Of a stretch of 64,000 bases of DNA, positions 32,663-43,850 are shown in pieces. The DNA lies in assembly GCA_964621165.1 (NCBI GenBank), contig CAZULC010000012.1, forward strand, positions 3,409 to 67,408, read 5' to 3'. The notes under the pieces are model-generated. The model was not told the origin of the DNA and made no database searches. It worked only from the letters and a program-made list of their open reading frames with translations. The translations under genes and the position numbers were made by a program. Position 1 is the stretch's first letter, and every line of letters starts with the position of its first letter. This DNA is from an uncultured Ruminococcus sp. (GTDB taxonomy: Bacteria > Bacillota > Clostridia > Oscillospirales > CAG-272).

Positions 32663-32837
32663 ATGAGCGGACGGAATTATTTTGAAAAATAAAATAATTC
32701 ACACAAAAAAAGTGAAAAAAAGTCTGTTTTTTCTAAAAAACCACTTGTTTTACCGTGCAAAATAGGTTATAATTTATATAATAGGCATGTGAGCTGTCAA
32801 TGGCAGCTTTTAAAGATAATTCGAAAGGAAATATAAT

Positions 32838-34178
32838 ATGGCATATACCTTTTCCGGCGGAATCCATGTGGAGGAGTACAAGCGAACGGAGAAATGCCGG
32901 ATTGAAGTTTTACCGCCGCCGAAGACCGTGACGATTCCCCTGTCCCAGCATATAGGCGCACCCGCCGTTCCCTGTGTAAAAATAGGCGACGAGGTGACGC
33001 TGGGTCAGAAGATAGGAGACGTTGACGAGTCGGCTCTGGGCTGTCCGGTTCACGCAAGCGTATCGGGCAGGGTCACGGATATAATAAAGAAGACAATCCC
33101 CTCGGGTGCGGTGGTGGACCACATCGTAATCGAGAACGACATGAAGAACACCCTCTGTCCGGACATGGTTCCCGTGACGAAAAAGCTGACCGAATGCACC
33201 ACTGACGAAATTATCGGAATCATCAGAAACGCGGGCATATCAGGCATGGGCGGCGCGGCATTCCCAACATATGCGAAAATCCGCTCGGCTCTCGGCAAGG
33301 TTGACACGATTATCATAAACTGCGCCGAATGCGAGCCTTTTATCACGGCAAACCACCGGCTTCTTCTGGAACAGCCCGCTTCGGTCATAAACGGAATCAA
33401 AATCCTGCTCAAGGCTCTGTCGGTCCGCACGGCGTTTATCGCAATCGAGGACAACAAACTTGACGCGGCTGAAAAATTGGAAGAGCTGCTGGCGGACTCC
33501 AAGATGATTACCGTTAAGATAATGAAGACAAAATATCCGCAGGGCGACGAGAGACAGCTGATCTACGCCCTCACCGGAGTCGAAATCCCCACGGGCAAGC
33601 TTCCGGCTGACGTTGGATGCGTTATATTCAACGCCGAAACCTGCTCCGCCGTGTACAAAGCCTTCGCCTACGGTCATCCCCTTGTGAAGCGAATCGTAAC
33701 TGTGGACGGCGACTGCGTGAAACATCCGAAAAACCTTCTCGTGCCGATCGGAACGTCAGTTTCCGACATAATCGAGTTCTGCGGCGGACTGAAGCGGGAA
33801 GTGCGTACCTTAATCAACGGCGGACCCATGATGGGCGCGGCTCAGTGGGACACGGAAATGCCCGTTACAAAGTCGACAAGCGCGATTCTGCTGTTCTCCG
33901 AGGGGTTTGGCAAGAAGAACACCCCCAACCCAACTTGCATCCACTGCGGACGGTGCGTGAACAACTGCCCAATGCACCTGATGCCCATGTATATCGCCCA
34001 GTTCTCCCAGCTCGGCGACTGGAAAAACGCCGCTGACTACGGGGCTATGAGCTGCGTTGAGTGCGGTTCATGCTCCTACAACTGCCCCGGTGGAGTTGAG
34101 ATAGTCCAGCACATAAGAAAAGCCAAAGCCGCAATCAAAACCGAAAAAGCGCGGCTCGCGTCACTTAACAAAAACTGA
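32838..34178 (+). CDS. rnfC: Rnf complex subunit C
   Basis: QHIGAP, GMGGAAFPT, NCAECEP, KYPQGDE, GGPMMG, two 4Fe-4S motifs. Confidence 0.95.
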   Translation: MAYTFSGGIHVEEYKRTEKCRIEVLPPPKTVTIPLSQHIGAPAVPCVKIGDEVTLGQKIGDVDESALGCPVHASVSGRVTDIIKKTIPSGAVVDHIVIENDMKNTLCPDMVPVTKKLTECTTDEIIGIIRNAGISGMGGAAFPTYAKIRSALGKVDTIIINCAECEPFITANHRLLLEQPASVINGIKILLKALSVRTAFIAIEDNKLDAAEKLEELLADSKMITVKIMKTKYPQGDERQLIYALTGVEIPTGKLPADVGCVIFNAETCSAVYKAFAYGHPLVKRIVTVDGDCVKHPKNLLVPIGTSVSDIIEFCGGLKREVRTLINGGPMMGAAQWDTEMPVTKSTSAILLFSEGFGKKNTPNPTCIHCGRCVNNCPMHLMPMYIAQFSQLGDWKNAADYGAMSCVECGSCSYNCPGGVEIVQHIRKAKAAIKTEKARLASLNKN

Positions 34179-34257
34179 GAAACTATATTAAATAACCTGA
34201 CTGCAGGACAGCCGAATCCTGAAAATTGCCGCTGCAATGCAGTAAATGAGGATAAAA

Positions 34258-35325
34258 ATGGATAAAAACGAGATAAAAACCAAAAAGGACTCAGTTCCGG
34301 AGAAAAGCGGCAGGACGTCCGGGATAAAAATGCCCACTCTGCTGACAGTTCAGTCCTCGCCGCACATAAAAAGTCCGGAAACAACGACAACTGTAATGTT
34401 CGACGTGATCCTCGCCCTTCTGCCGGCTTACATCTGGGGAATTGCGGTGTTCGGCTGGCGTGCGTTGGCTTTGGGCGTGGTATCAATAGTTAGCGCGGTG
34501 GGATTTGAAGCCCTGTCCCAGTTTCTGCTTCACCGGCCCATAACAGTGCGTGACCTCTCCGCCGCCGTGACGGGACTGCTGCTCGCCATGAACCTGCCCG
34601 TTACCGTTCCCTTATGGATGCCGGTTATAGGCGCGTTCTTCGCTATAGTTGTGGTAAAGCAGCTCTTCGGCGGAATTGGCAAGAACTTTGTGAATCCTGC
34701 TTTGGCGGCACGTGTGTTCCTGTTTTCATGGGCTGACAAAATGTCCGCGTTCCCGGCGTTCGGCTCGAGGGTCAATTCTTTGGCGGTCGAGCTTTCCGAG
34801 AGCGACATAATCGCCGGAGCCACACCTCTTGCTTCCCTGAAAAACGGAGTACTGCCTGAGACAAATCTCTTCGACATGATAATCGGTAACGTCAGCGGAT
34901 GCGTGGGCGAGGTGTCGTCCATACTGCTGATAGCCGGAGGAATTTATCTTCTCATGCGGCGGGTTATCACATGGCACATTCCCGTGGCGTACATCGGAAC
35001 CGTAGCGGTTCTCACATTCCTCTTCCCAAAAGGCTCCCTTGGACCTCAGTACATGCTCTACGAGCTTTTTGCGGGCGGACTTATGCTCGGTGCGATTTTC
35101 ATGGCCACCGACTACTCCACCTCCCCCGTAACTCCAACCGGAAGAATCATCTACGGAATCGGATGCGGGGCTATAACCGTACTTATCCGCACCTTCGGAA
35201 GCTACGCCGAGGGAGTTTCCTTCGCGGTACTTATTATGAATCTGCTTGTATTTTATATAGATAAGGCGACTATGCCGAGACCTTTTGGCGGAGCCGGACG
35301 TCTTGGAGGTAAGAAACGTGATTGA
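34258..35325 (+). CDS. rnfD: Rnf complex subunit D
   Basis: [20 protein letters not shown] site AGATPL, FMATDY; start codon uncertain. Confidence 0.95.
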   Translation: MDKNEIKTKKDSVPEKSGRTSGIKMPTLLTVQSSPHIKSPETTTTVMFDVILALLPAYIWGIAVFGWRALALGVVSIVSAVGFEALSQFLLHRPITVRDLSAAVTGLLLAMNLPVTVPLWMPVIGAFFAIVVVKQLFGGIGKNFVNPALAARVFLFSWADKMSAFPAFGSRVNSLAVELSESDIIAGATPLASLKNGVLPETNLFDMIIGNVSGCVGEVSSILLIAGGIYLLMRRVITWHIPVAYIGTVAVLTFLFPKGSLGPQYMLYELFAGGLMLGAIFMATDYSTSPVTPTGRIIYGIGCGAITVLIRTFGSYAEGVSFAVLIMNLLVFYIDKATMPRPFGGAGRLGGKKRD

Positions 35326-37087
35326 TAACAATAAAAATAATCCGGGTAGCGCTGTGAATACCGCGGCTGGAACAAAGAAGGATTCACTTGAGTCGCTTCC
35401 GAAGAAAGCTGCCGACAAAAGCGGTGTTACGGACGTCTTCTCCGATTTCAGCAAACTGCTTGAGGAAGGCTCAGGGGACGCAAAAAAGCCGGAGGAGCTT
35501 GCGGTGTCTTCTCAGAATACGGATGACGGATTCATTTCTTCCGACGACGAATCCATGTCGGTTTTCGACGAGACCGAAGCTGATGCGGGGGAAGAGGAGA
35601 GCATTTTCTCCACTCCCGAGGGTGAAGACGAATTTGAATCCTTTGCCTCAGACGAACCTGACGGGGCAGATGAGCCACAGCCGGAGGAGACAAAGCCCGA
35701 GCCTCCGTCAGTTGATTTTTCTTCCGTATTGAAAGGCAGAAAAAAGTCGAAGCGGAATAGCAAAAACAGAAACATACCGAAGCCTGCCGAAAAAACAGCG
35801 CCAGAGGCCACTCAGGCACAGAACGAATATAATGAGCCGGAGCTGAGTCTCGACAGCTTTGAATCAACAGAACCCGAAAAAACCGACGAACCGGAGACGC
35901 CGGACATTCCCGCTCCCCAGCCCCATAGGACGCCAGAGAGACGTCAGCCGAAGGAAAAACATGAATCCGACCCCGGCTCAACCCCGTATCTTGTGAGAAT
36001 GGTGCTGACCCTCACCGGAATCTGCACGGCAATCGCGCTTCTTTTGGCTGTAGTCAACGGCATGACAAAGGATGTTATCGCCGAAAACGAGGTAAAGGAA
36101 AACAACGAAGCCATTCTCGCTGTGTTCCCGGAAGGAGACGAAGTCAGGGAATACACAGCCGAAAGCGGTGAGAGTGTATACATCGTCATGAAAAACGGCG
36201 GTATCATCGGCTACTGCGTGAACGCTGTCGGTGCGGGTTACGCTGACGAGATTAAAACAATGATAGGCATAAATCCCGACGGGGAGGTCAGCGGCATTTC
36301 CATTGTCAGCATCAGCGACACCCCCGGAGTCGGATCAAAGGTAAAGAACCCGTCCTACCTTGAAAAATACATCGGAGTCAGCGAGAACGTGGTAATCGGC
36401 GAAAACATGGACGGAATCGCCGGCGCAACATTCAGTTCAAAGGGTGTGGCCGAAGCCGTGAACAACGCCCTCGCGGTTAAGGTTGATCTTGACAAAGCCG
36501 CACTTGTACTGAACGCCAAAGTCTCGCTTCCCGGTGAGGACGACGCAAATGCCCAGAACGGCGAAGACGAGGTTGACGTGAACATAATCGGCGAGGACGA
36601 AAGCGAGTACGAAACAACTCCCGAACCCGAAACCGCGGAGACTGAGACCGAAACGGAGCCTGAAACCGAAACCGAGACGGAACCTGAAACCGAAACAGAA
36701 CCGGAGACGACTCCCGTAAACGTAGAGCCTGAGACCCAGCCTTATGTTCCGCCGGAGACTGAACCCGAGACTCAGCCCTACGTTCCGCCGGAAACCGAAC
36801 CCGAGACTCAGCCCTACATTCCGCCGGAGACTGAACCCGAGACTCAGTCCTATGTTCCGCCTGAAACCGAGCCTGAGACTCAGCCTTATGTTCCGCCGGA
36901 AACCGAGCCTGAGACCGAGCCCGAGCCCGAGCCCGAAACCGAACCCGAGCCCGAGCCTGAAACCGAACCTGAAACCGAACCTGAGACGGAGCCTGAAACC
37001 GAGCCTTTGATTGAGATTCCAGTGGAGGCCGAGCCTGAAACCGAGCCGGAAGAGACCGAACCCGAGACAGAATGGGTCAAGCCGTAA
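35318..37087 (+). CDS. rnfG: Rnf complex subunit G with long acidic N- and C-terminal extensions
   Basis: GTG after GGAGG overlapping the rnfD stop; TM, GYADEI, DTPGVGS and FMN site IAGATFSS; Glu-Pro-Thr tail. Confidence 0.85.
   Translation: MIDNNKNNPGSAVNTAAGTKKDSLESLPKKAADKSGVTDVFSDFSKLLEEGSGDAKKPEELAVSSQNTDDGFISSDDESMSVFDETEADAGEEESIFSTPEGEDEFESFASDEPDGADEPQPEETKPEPPSVDFSSVLKGRKKSKRNSKNRNIPKPAEKTAPEATQAQNEYNEPELSLDSFESTEPEKTDEPETPDIPAPQPHRTPERRQPKEKHESDPGSTPYLVRMVLTLTGICTAIALLLAVVNGMTKDVIAENEVKENNEAILAVFPEGDEVREYTAESGESVYIVMKNGGIIGYCVNAVGAGYADEIKTMIGINPDGEVSGISIVSISDTPGVGSKVKNPSYLEKYIGVSENVVIGENMDGIAGATFSSKGVAEAVNNALAVKVDLDKAALVLNAKVSLPGEDDANAQNGEDEVDVNIIGEDESEYETTPEPETAETETETEPETETETEPETETEPETTPVNVEPETQPYVPPETEPETQPYVPPETEPETQPYIPPETEPETQSYVPPETEPETQPYVPPETEPETEPEPEPETEPEPEPETEPETEPETEPETEPLIEIPVEAEPETEPEETEPETEWVKP
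36725..36904 (+). repeat. Intragenic 36-bp tandem repeat x5 ([12 protein letters not shown]) within rnfG, flanked by (EPET)n low-complexity sequence
   Basis: Units at 36725, 36761, 36797, 36833 and 36869. Confidence 0.9.
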
Positions 37088-37105
37088 TGAAAGGACGCTG
37101 AAAAA

Positions 37106-37894
37106 ATGAGCAACAATAAAAAATCCATACCTCAGATATTCCGCGACGGCGTGATTACAAACAACCCTACATTTGTGCAGCTTCTCGGAATGTGTCCTAC
37201 ATTGGCTACCACTACATCAGTCGTAAACGCTCTCGGCATGGGAGTGTCGGTTATCGTGGTTTTAGCCTTCTCAAACCTGTTTATTTCACTGCTGAGAAAC
37301 ATAATCCAAAAAGAAATACGTATCGCATCATACATCGTCATCATATCCGGCTTCGTCACGACGGTGGAGCTGATAATAAAAGCGTACTTTCCGGAAATCA
37401 ACGCGTCCCTCGGCCTGTTTATCCCGCTTATCGTGGTGAACTGCATTATTCTCGCGAGAGCCGAAGCCTTTGCGTCAAAGAACGGACCCCTTGAATCCTT
37501 TGTGGACGGCATTGCCACTGGAATCGGATTCCTGCTGGCCCTTACCTGCATTGCCGCGGTACGTGAGCTTTTAGGAACCGGAATGCTCTTTGCTTCCAGC
37601 GACGGAACGGGAGGAGTGAAGATATTCGGAGACTGGTTCTCGCCAGCCACAATCTTCCTCATGCCCTCGGGAGCGTTCCTGACTCTCGGCTTCATTATCG
37701 CGCTTGTGCAGAAAATCCGCGCCGGTGTGGACGAGAGAAGCCGCAGAAAGCTGCTTGAAGAAGACGCAATCAACAGCGGCTACCACGCAACCCTCATGAG
37801 AGACGCGTCCAGTGGAAAAATCGTAAGACGCGCCGACGTTGAAGCTTCCCACGACAATGAAGTTAACGAAGAGAACAAGGAGGACGAAAAATGA
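37106..37894 (+). CDS. rnfE: Rnf complex subunit E
   Basis: LLGMCPTLA, FIPLIVVNCIILARAE, VRELLG. Confidence 0.95.
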   Translation: MSNNKKSIPQIFRDGVITNNPTFVQLLGMCPTLATTTSVVNALGMGVSVIVVLAFSNLFISLLRNIIQKEIRIASYIVIISGFVTTVELIIKAYFPEINASLGLFIPLIVVNCIILARAEAFASKNGPLESFVDGIATGIGFLLALTCIAAVRELLGTGMLFASSDGTGGVKIFGDWFSPATIFLMPSGAFLTLGFIIALVQKIRAGVDERSRRKLLEEDAINSGYHATLMRDASSGKIVRRADVEASHDNEVNEENKEDEK

Positions 37895-38466
37895 ACCTGC
37901 TGATGATAATGTTCACGGCAATTTTGACGGAGAACTTCATCTTCTCTCGTTTCTACGGATGCTGTCCCTTTCTTGGAGTGTCCGACAAGCCGTCAACCGC
38001 TCTTGGCATGGGTATGGCTGTCACATTCGTCATGACCCTGTCCTCGGCCGCAACATGGGCGGTGTACAACTTCTTCCTCGAGCCCTTCGGACTTGAATAC
38101 CTTAAGACAATCGCGTTCATTTTGGTTATAGCCACCCTCGTGCAGTTCATCGAGATGTTCCTCAAAAAGTTCATCCCATCCCTGTACGGCGCGCTTGGAA
38201 TTTATCTTCCCCTGATTACGACAAACTGCGCGGTTTTAGGTGCGGCGCTGGTCAACATCGACAAAGGCTACAACTTCATCGAGAGCGTGGTCTTCGGATG
38301 TTCCGCGGCACTGGGATTCACACTCGCAATCACCGTATTCGCCGGAGTCAGAGCGCGGCTCCAGTTTGCAAATCCGCCAAAGGCCTTCCGGGGCTTCCCA
38401 ATACTGCTCATCTCCGCGGGACTTGCGGCAATGGCGTTCTCAGGATTCTCTGGAATGAAATTTTAA
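37891..38466 (+). CDS. rnfA: Rnf complex subunit A
   Basis: GCCPFLGVS, LGIYLPLITTNCAVLG, AMAFSGF. Confidence 0.95.
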   Translation: MNLLMIMFTAILTENFIFSRFYGCCPFLGVSDKPSTALGMGMAVTFVMTLSSAATWAVYNFFLEPFGLEYLKTIAFILVIATLVQFIEMFLKKFIPSLYGALGIYLPLITTNCAVLGAALVNIDKGYNFIESVVFGCSAALGFTLAITVFAGVRARLQFANPPKAFRGFPILLISAGLAAMAFSGFSGMKF

Positions 38467-38482
38467 GGGAAGGCGAAAGTAA

Positions 38483-39319
38483 ATGAATGATATAATTCTC
38501 CCTGTTATAATTTTCATAGGACTTGGTTTGGTGATGGGCGCGCTCCTCGCCTTTGCTTCAAGGATTTTTGCCGTGAAGAAGGACGAAAAAGCCGAAAAAA
38601 TCAAGGAATTTCTCCCCGGAGCCAACTGCGGCGGATGCGGATTTTCCGGATGTGAAGCTTACGCTGAGGCTGTGGCAAAGGGCGAAGCTCCCGTCAACAA
38701 GTGTTCCGTAGGAGGAGCCGAGGTTGCCGAGAAGGTGGCAGAGGTCATGGGAGTTGAAGCCGGAAAGACGGTCCGCATGAGGGCGCAGGTCATGTGCTCG
38801 GGTACGTCGGAATACGCCCGTAAGAAATACGTTTACGCCGGAATCGACGACTGTGTTGCTGCATCCAAAATCGGCGGAGGCGACAAGCTCTGCAAAAACG
38901 GCTGTATCGGACTTGGCACCTGCGTGAAAGCCTGCCCCTTTGAAGCTATTGTTGTACAGAACGGGGTTGCCGCTGTGGACTACTCAAAGTGCAAGGGCTG
39001 CGGCGTGTGCGTTTCTGCCTGCCCCAAGGGTATAATCAAGCTGATTCCCTTTGACTCAAAGCACTGGGTAGGCTGTATGTCGGTTGACGACGGCAAAAAT
39101 ACCCGCAAGGTTTGCGATGTAGGCTGCATTTCCTGCAAAATCTGCCAGAAGAACTGCCCGTCAGGCGCCATAACCGTCGACAACTTTGTCGCAAAAATTA
39201 ACTACGACAAATGTACGGGATGCGACACCTGCGTTGACAAATGTCCAAGACACATCATCTGGTCCGGCGAGACTCAGGGAAAGCTTGGACTTGTGATAAA
39301 GCGGGTCGGAAAAAACTAA
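38483..39319 (+). CDS. rnfB: Rnf complex subunit B
   Basis: TM, LPGANCGGCGFSGC, multiple 4Fe-4S motifs. Confidence 0.95.
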   Translation: MNDIILPVIIFIGLGLVMGALLAFASRIFAVKKDEKAEKIKEFLPGANCGGCGFSGCEAYAEAVAKGEAPVNKCSVGGAEVAEKVAEVMGVEAGKTVRMRAQVMCSGTSEYARKKYVYAGIDDCVAASKIGGGDKLCKNGCIGLGTCVKACPFEAIVVQNGVAAVDYSKCKGCGVCVSACPKGIIKLIPFDSKHWVGCMSVDDGKNTRKVCDVGCISCKICQKNCPSGAITVDNFVAKINYDKCTGCDTCVDKCPRHIIWSGETQGKLGLVIKRVGKN

Positions 39320-39327
39320 AATAAAAC

Positions 39328-39380
39328 AAACGTCGGATTTTCATTCATGAAATTATGGGGGAGACTCCGGCGTTTTTTTT
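39328..39380 (+). terminator. Intrinsic terminator after the rnf operon
   Basis: aaacgtcgga / tccggcgttt stem plus T8. Confidence 0.65.
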
Positions 39381-39487
39381 GCGGTTGAGAGAAAATTGCG
39401 GAAAAAGAAAGAAATATGCCGCATGTGATTGAAATATCCGAAAAATTGCTATATAATAGTGACATACCTTTATTAAGGAGGACTAAA

Positions 39488-40120
39488 ATGAAAAACGATT
39501 TAATTAAGTCAATCCTCGCCGGCATGTGCATCGGAATCGGAGCCACTGGATTTATAGCCTGCGACAACAAATACGTGGGTGCGGCGGTCTTCTGTCTCGG
39601 ACTTTTCACAATCTGCGTCTACGGCTTCAACCTCTTCACCGGAAAAATCGGCTACGCCATCGAACAGCGGAAAAACCTCGGCGTGGGCTTCTACCTCACC
39701 GTATGGCTGGGAAATTTAGCCGGATGCGCCATCGTATGTGTTCCCATGAGACTTGCGAGAGCTGACTACGCAGCGAAAGCCGCTTCCATAGTAGAGAGCA
39801 AGTTGGGTCAGTCCATACCTCAGGCGATAGTCTTCGGAATCCTCTGCGGAATTTTGATGTACATAGCCGTCAACACCTTCAGGGAGGACAACCACCCCAT
39901 CTTCAAGGTAGTCGCCATCTACGCCTGCGTGATTATGTTCATCCTCTGCGGATTCGAGCACAGCATTGCTGACATGTGCTACTTCTTCTACGGCGTTCCA
40001 ATTGAAGCCGCAAAACTCGCTCAGTCATCGCTCTACATTGTGATAATCTCGCTATCCAACGGCATTGGTTCCATAATTTTCGCCACGCTTGTAGGTCTGG
40101 GTAGGAAGAAAAAAAACTGA
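39488..40120 (+). CDS. Formate/nitrite transporter family protein
   Basis: LAGMCIGIG, LFTG, WLGN..G, GFEHSIADM; start after the AAGGAGG RBS. Confidence 0.88.
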   Translation: MKNDLIKSILAGMCIGIGATGFIACDNKYVGAAVFCLGLFTICVYGFNLFTGKIGYAIEQRKNLGVGFYLTVWLGNLAGCAIVCVPMRLARADYAAKAASIVESKLGQSIPQAIVFGILCGILMYIAVNTFREDNHPIFKVVAIYACVIMFILCGFEHSIADMCYFFYGVPIEAAKLAQSSLYIVIISLSNGIGSIIFATLVGLGRKKKN

Positions 40121-40477
40121 CGGTACAAGTCTACATATCCCGCTCATTCCGAATGAATACGACTTGTGCAATACGTGGAATTTTAAAGTTGTGAACAAAT
40201 AATTTTAAGAATTTCTTGAATTCGTCACATAAATAGTATATGATTTATAAAGATAAGGTGCCACCGCCCGAATCATGAGTATGCATCTGCACCGCATCTT
40301 TTCCGTCATACTTCACAAATTCATCTTAACTTATGCTTATAAGTCCGCTATGAATTTGCTTTGCCTGACGAAAAATCTACGGCACATCTGCATCCCCAGA
40401 ACCGTTCGGTGTCGCCTTAATCGGGAGCGACCCGGTTTAAACAACAACGAAAATAATTTTTTATCGGAGGATAATAA

Positions 40478-41572
40478 ATGAACGCATCAGACATCATCAG
40501 AATCGGTATCGTCGGCTGCGGCGGTATCGCAAACGGCAAGCACATGCCTTCGCTGAGAAAGGTTCCTGGGGTCCAGATGGTAGCATTCTGCGACATCATC
40601 GAGGAAAGAGCACAGAAGGCCAAAAAAGACTACGGTACACCCGACGCAAAGGTTTACACCGACTACAAGGAACTGCTCGAGGACAAGACAATTGACGTAG
40701 TTCACGTTCTCACTCCCAACCGCGCCCACTCCTTCATCACAGTTGACGCTCTCGAAGCCGGCAAGCACGTTATGTGCGAAAAGCCCATGGCAATCAACTC
40801 CGCTGAGGCAAAGAAGATGCTGGACGCGGCAAACAGAACCGGCAAGCTCCTGACGATAGGCTATCAGACCAGACAGACCGCTCAGGCTCAGTACCTCAAG
40901 GCTGAGAGTGAAATGGGCACTTTCGGCGACATTTACTTTGCACGTGCATGCGCTGTTAGACGTCGTGCGGTTCCCACATGGGGCGTGTTCCTCAACGAAT
41001 ATGAGCAGGGCGGCGGTCCTCTCATCGACATCGGCACACACGCACTTGACGTAACCCTTTGGATCATGAATAACTACAAGCCCAAGTACTGCGTCGGCAC
41101 AACCTACCACGCTCACAACAACGACGTTGAGCAGGGTAACGACTGGGGCAACTGGGATCCCGAGAAGTTCACCGTTGAAAGCTCCGCGTTCGGCTTCATC
41201 GTAATGGAAAACGGCGCGACAATCTCCCTCGACGCTTCATGGGCGCTCAACACTCTCGAAGCACGTGAGGCTTGCTGCATGGTTTGCGGTACAAAGGCAG
41301 GCGGCGATATGTTCAACGGCGGCGTTCACATCAACGGAATCCGTCAGAACAGACAGTACACCTTCACACCCAGCTTCTCCGCAGGCGGTGCCGCATTCTA
41401 CGAGGGCGTATCCGACAACGACCCCGCAGGCAAGGAAGCATATCAGTGGATCCAGGCAGTCCGCGGCGAGAAGGAAAAGCCCACTGTACTTCCCGAACAG
41501 GCTTACTGCATCACCCAGATTCTCGAAGGTATCTACACCTCCGCAAAGACCGGCGACATCTACAGATTCTAA
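40478..41572 (+). CDS. Gfo/Idh/MocA family oxidoreductase
   Basis: GIVGCGGIA, CEKPMA, GGGPLIDIGTHALD. Confidence 0.93.
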   Translation: MNASDIIRIGIVGCGGIANGKHMPSLRKVPGVQMVAFCDIIEERAQKAKKDYGTPDAKVYTDYKELLEDKTIDVVHVLTPNRAHSFITVDALEAGKHVMCEKPMAINSAEAKKMLDAANRTGKLLTIGYQTRQTAQAQYLKAESEMGTFGDIYFARACAVRRRAVPTWGVFLNEYEQGGGPLIDIGTHALDVTLWIMNNYKPKYCVGTTYHAHNNDVEQGNDWGNWDPEKFTVESSAFGFIVMENGATISLDASWALNTLEAREACCMVCGTKAGGDMFNGGVHINGIRQNRQYTFTPSFSAGGAAFYEGVSDNDPAGKEAYQWIQAVRGEKEKPTVLPEQAYCITQILEGIYTSAKTGDIYRF

Positions 41573-41699
41573 GCTGATTTTGGCAGATTAATACAAAGAG
41601 AAGGAGAACTTGAAGGAGGCTCAGACGTAAGTGCGAGTTTTCCCGCGGTTTTCCTTCTTCTGATATTCAGAAATATTTAATAAAGAAAGGTACGATAAC

Positions 41700-42668
41700 A
41701 TGAAACTTTGCGTTCTTGCTAACCTTTACGCTTCAAAGCCCCTTGACGAAGCACTTGCAATCCTCAAAGCACAGGGAGTCGAAGCCGTTGAAATAGGCTG
41801 CGGCGGATTCCCGGGAAAGGACCACGCTGACCCGGACATACTGCTCAATGACGAAGCGGCGTTTGAAGAATGGATGAACACCTTCAAAAAGTACGACATG
41901 GAGCTTGCCGCACTGTCCGCCCACGGAAATCCGGTTCATCCCGACAAAGCTACCGCCGAAATGTACGACCGCGACCTGAAAAACTGCATTCTCCTCGCTG
42001 AAAAGGCTGGAGTTGACACGGTTGTGACCTTCTCCGGCTGTCCTGGCGATCATCCCGGCGCGAAATACCCGAACTGGGTGACCTGCCCATGGCCCGACGA
42101 CTTCCTCGCAATCCTCGACTACCAGTGGAACGAGGTTCTCATCCCCTACTGGAAAGAAACCGTGAAATTCGCCGAGGAACATCACGTTCACAAAATCGCG
42201 CTCGAGCTTCACCCTGGCTTCTGCTGCTACAACACCGAGACCCTGCTTAAGCTGAGAGCGGCTGTGGGCAAGACAATCGGCGCGAACTTCGACCCATCCC
42301 ACCTCGTATGGCAGGGAATGGAACCGGCAGCCGCAATCCGCATGCTGGGCGACGCCATCTACCACGTCCACGCAAAGGACACGAAGGTCGACGCCATCAA
42401 CACAGCCCGCATTGGCGTTCTCGATACAAAGCACTACAGCGACGAAATCAACCGCGCGTGGGTGTTCAGAGCGCTTGGCTACGGTCACGACGTGGCTTGG
42501 TGGAAGGACCTCATCAGCAACCTGAGACTGGTGGGCTACGATGGACCACTCTCCATCGAGCATGAGGACAGCCTTATGTCAATCGACGAGGGACTTACGA
42601 AAGCCGTCGCGGTTCTCAAGGAAGCCATGATGAGCGACCCGAAGCCCTCCACCATGTCATGGGCGTGA
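41700..42668 (+). CDS. Sugar phosphate isomerase/epimerase (TIM barrel)
   Basis: HGNPVHP, FSGCPG, ELHPG, NFDPSHL, HVHAKD, SIEHED. Confidence 0.92.
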   Translation: MKLCVLANLYASKPLDEALAILKAQGVEAVEIGCGGFPGKDHADPDILLNDEAAFEEWMNTFKKYDMELAALSAHGNPVHPDKATAEMYDRDLKNCILLAEKAGVDTVVTFSGCPGDHPGAKYPNWVTCPWPDDFLAILDYQWNEVLIPYWKETVKFAEEHHVHKIALELHPGFCCYNTETLLKLRAAVGKTIGANFDPSHLVWQGMEPAAAIRMLGDAIYHVHAKDTKVDAINTARIGVLDTKHYSDEINRAWVFRALGYGHDVAWWKDLISNLRLVGYDGPLSIEHEDSLMSIDEGLTKAVAVLKEAMMSDPKPSTMSWA

Positions 42669-42730
42669 GATTAAAAAAATTCTGCTGTAATTCAAGCGGA
42701 AATTCAGCTTCACAATAACTAAAATAAAAT

Positions 42731-42773
42731 CTGCCGTCAGGTGAGGTAAAATCCCCGCCCACGGCAGTTTTTT
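42731..42773 (+). terminator. Intrinsic terminator
   Basis: ctgccgt / acggcag stem plus T tract. Confidence 0.7.
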
Positions 42774-42786
42774 GTTAATTTACGGA

Positions 42787-43221
42787 TTATCTCCAGAATA
42801 AGCCCTCGGAGATAGCGATTTTCTCAAGCAGCTGCTGTGCCTTCGCCGGCGGGTTGTACACCGATAAATGAAGACAGTCCCAGTCGTATGCCAAAAGCAT
42901 ACTTTCGTCTGGAAATAAGCAGTAAAGTGAACCCTAGTGGTTCTCCATGATCTCTGAGACAGCATTTTCTATCAGCTCCGGCTTGGGGCTTTCAATCCAG
43001 CCGTTCCATTGAACTGTATATTCTGTAATAACACATCAGCATTATGATGACATTGACGAATCTGTCTTTGATGAGGCTGTTCTTTATACTGTTCAGGAAA
43101 TAATGCTCTACGTCAAAATATTGTCTTTTTGCGTCGTGGGAACCGTTTCCGGAAGAAAATCTATGATACAACATGATTTTTGGAGTAAGTTGGTTATTAA
43201 TTCTGTATTGCTTTAATTCAA
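42787..43221 (-). pseudogene. Degraded conserved hypothetical protein (two stops, two frameshifts)
   Basis: Reconstructed: LN*SNTELITNLLQKSCCIIDFLPETVP / HDAKRQYFDVEHYFLN..LMCYYRI / TVQWNGWIESP..NH*GSLYCLF..LSVYNPP..IAISEGLFWR*. Confidence 0.7.
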
Positions 43222-43234
43222 TTTTTTCTCACCC

Positions 43235-43744
43235 TCATTCATTCCCAAAGCTGACGGAAATCTGCCATCCAACTATGTTGATCACGGCAAAGCTTTTTCT
43301 GAAGAACCCGCAGGACCCCGGATTCACCATTCTCACGCGTCCGCCCAGTGAGCCGTCGACAAAGGTGTCCTCTTCCTCATGCGTATGCCCGAACAGTACG
43401 CAGTCCGCACCCTCGCTGATTCCGTAGTCCGCCACGTCCTGCAAGCCGTATTTCACGTTAAACTTGTGTCCGTGGGTCAGAAGGAACTTTTTGCCGCCTG
43501 CTTCAATCGTGCGGGTGTACGTCGTTCCTTCAAGCTCACCGCAGAGGTCGCTGTATTCGTCGCAGTTGCCGAGGACGCAGTCGAACTTCACCGTGGGAAA
43601 GGCGTGGCTCATTGTGATGGCGTCACGGATTCCGTCTCCGAGGAAGAACACACGGTCAACTCCGTCCGCCTCGAGATGAAGCTTGATTATTTTTCTCATG
43701 ATATTAGAGTAGCCATGGGAGTCGGAAAAAACTAAAATCTTCAT
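43235..43744 (-). CDS. YfcE/MJ0936-family metallophosphoesterase
   Basis: SDSHG, LGDG, GNCD, THGH, FGHTH, NPGS; start at the ATG after GGAGG. Confidence 0.92.
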   Translation of the reverse strand: MKILVFSDSHGYSNIMRKIIKLHLEADGVDRVFFLGDGIRDAITMSHAFPTVKFDCVLGNCDEYSDLCGELEGTTYTRTIEAGGKKFLLTHGHKFNVKYGLQDVADYGISEGADCVLFGHTHEEEDTFVDGSLGGRVRMVNPGSCGFFRKSFAVINIVGWQISVSFGNE

Positions 43745-43850
43745 TATTATCCTCCATTGATTGTGGCTGTATAAAGCCCTGAAAAAATCATTGGCAGAAC
43801 TGCACTCTGCGAATATAATGATACTGTAATCCGATTTTTCAGGAGGCAGT

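Noticed and set aside
41563-41646. Additional copy of the 84-bp repeat
   Set aside because: Only aagc, ggc and tcccgc fall near the expected offsets; the region is better explained as an intercistronic hairpin.
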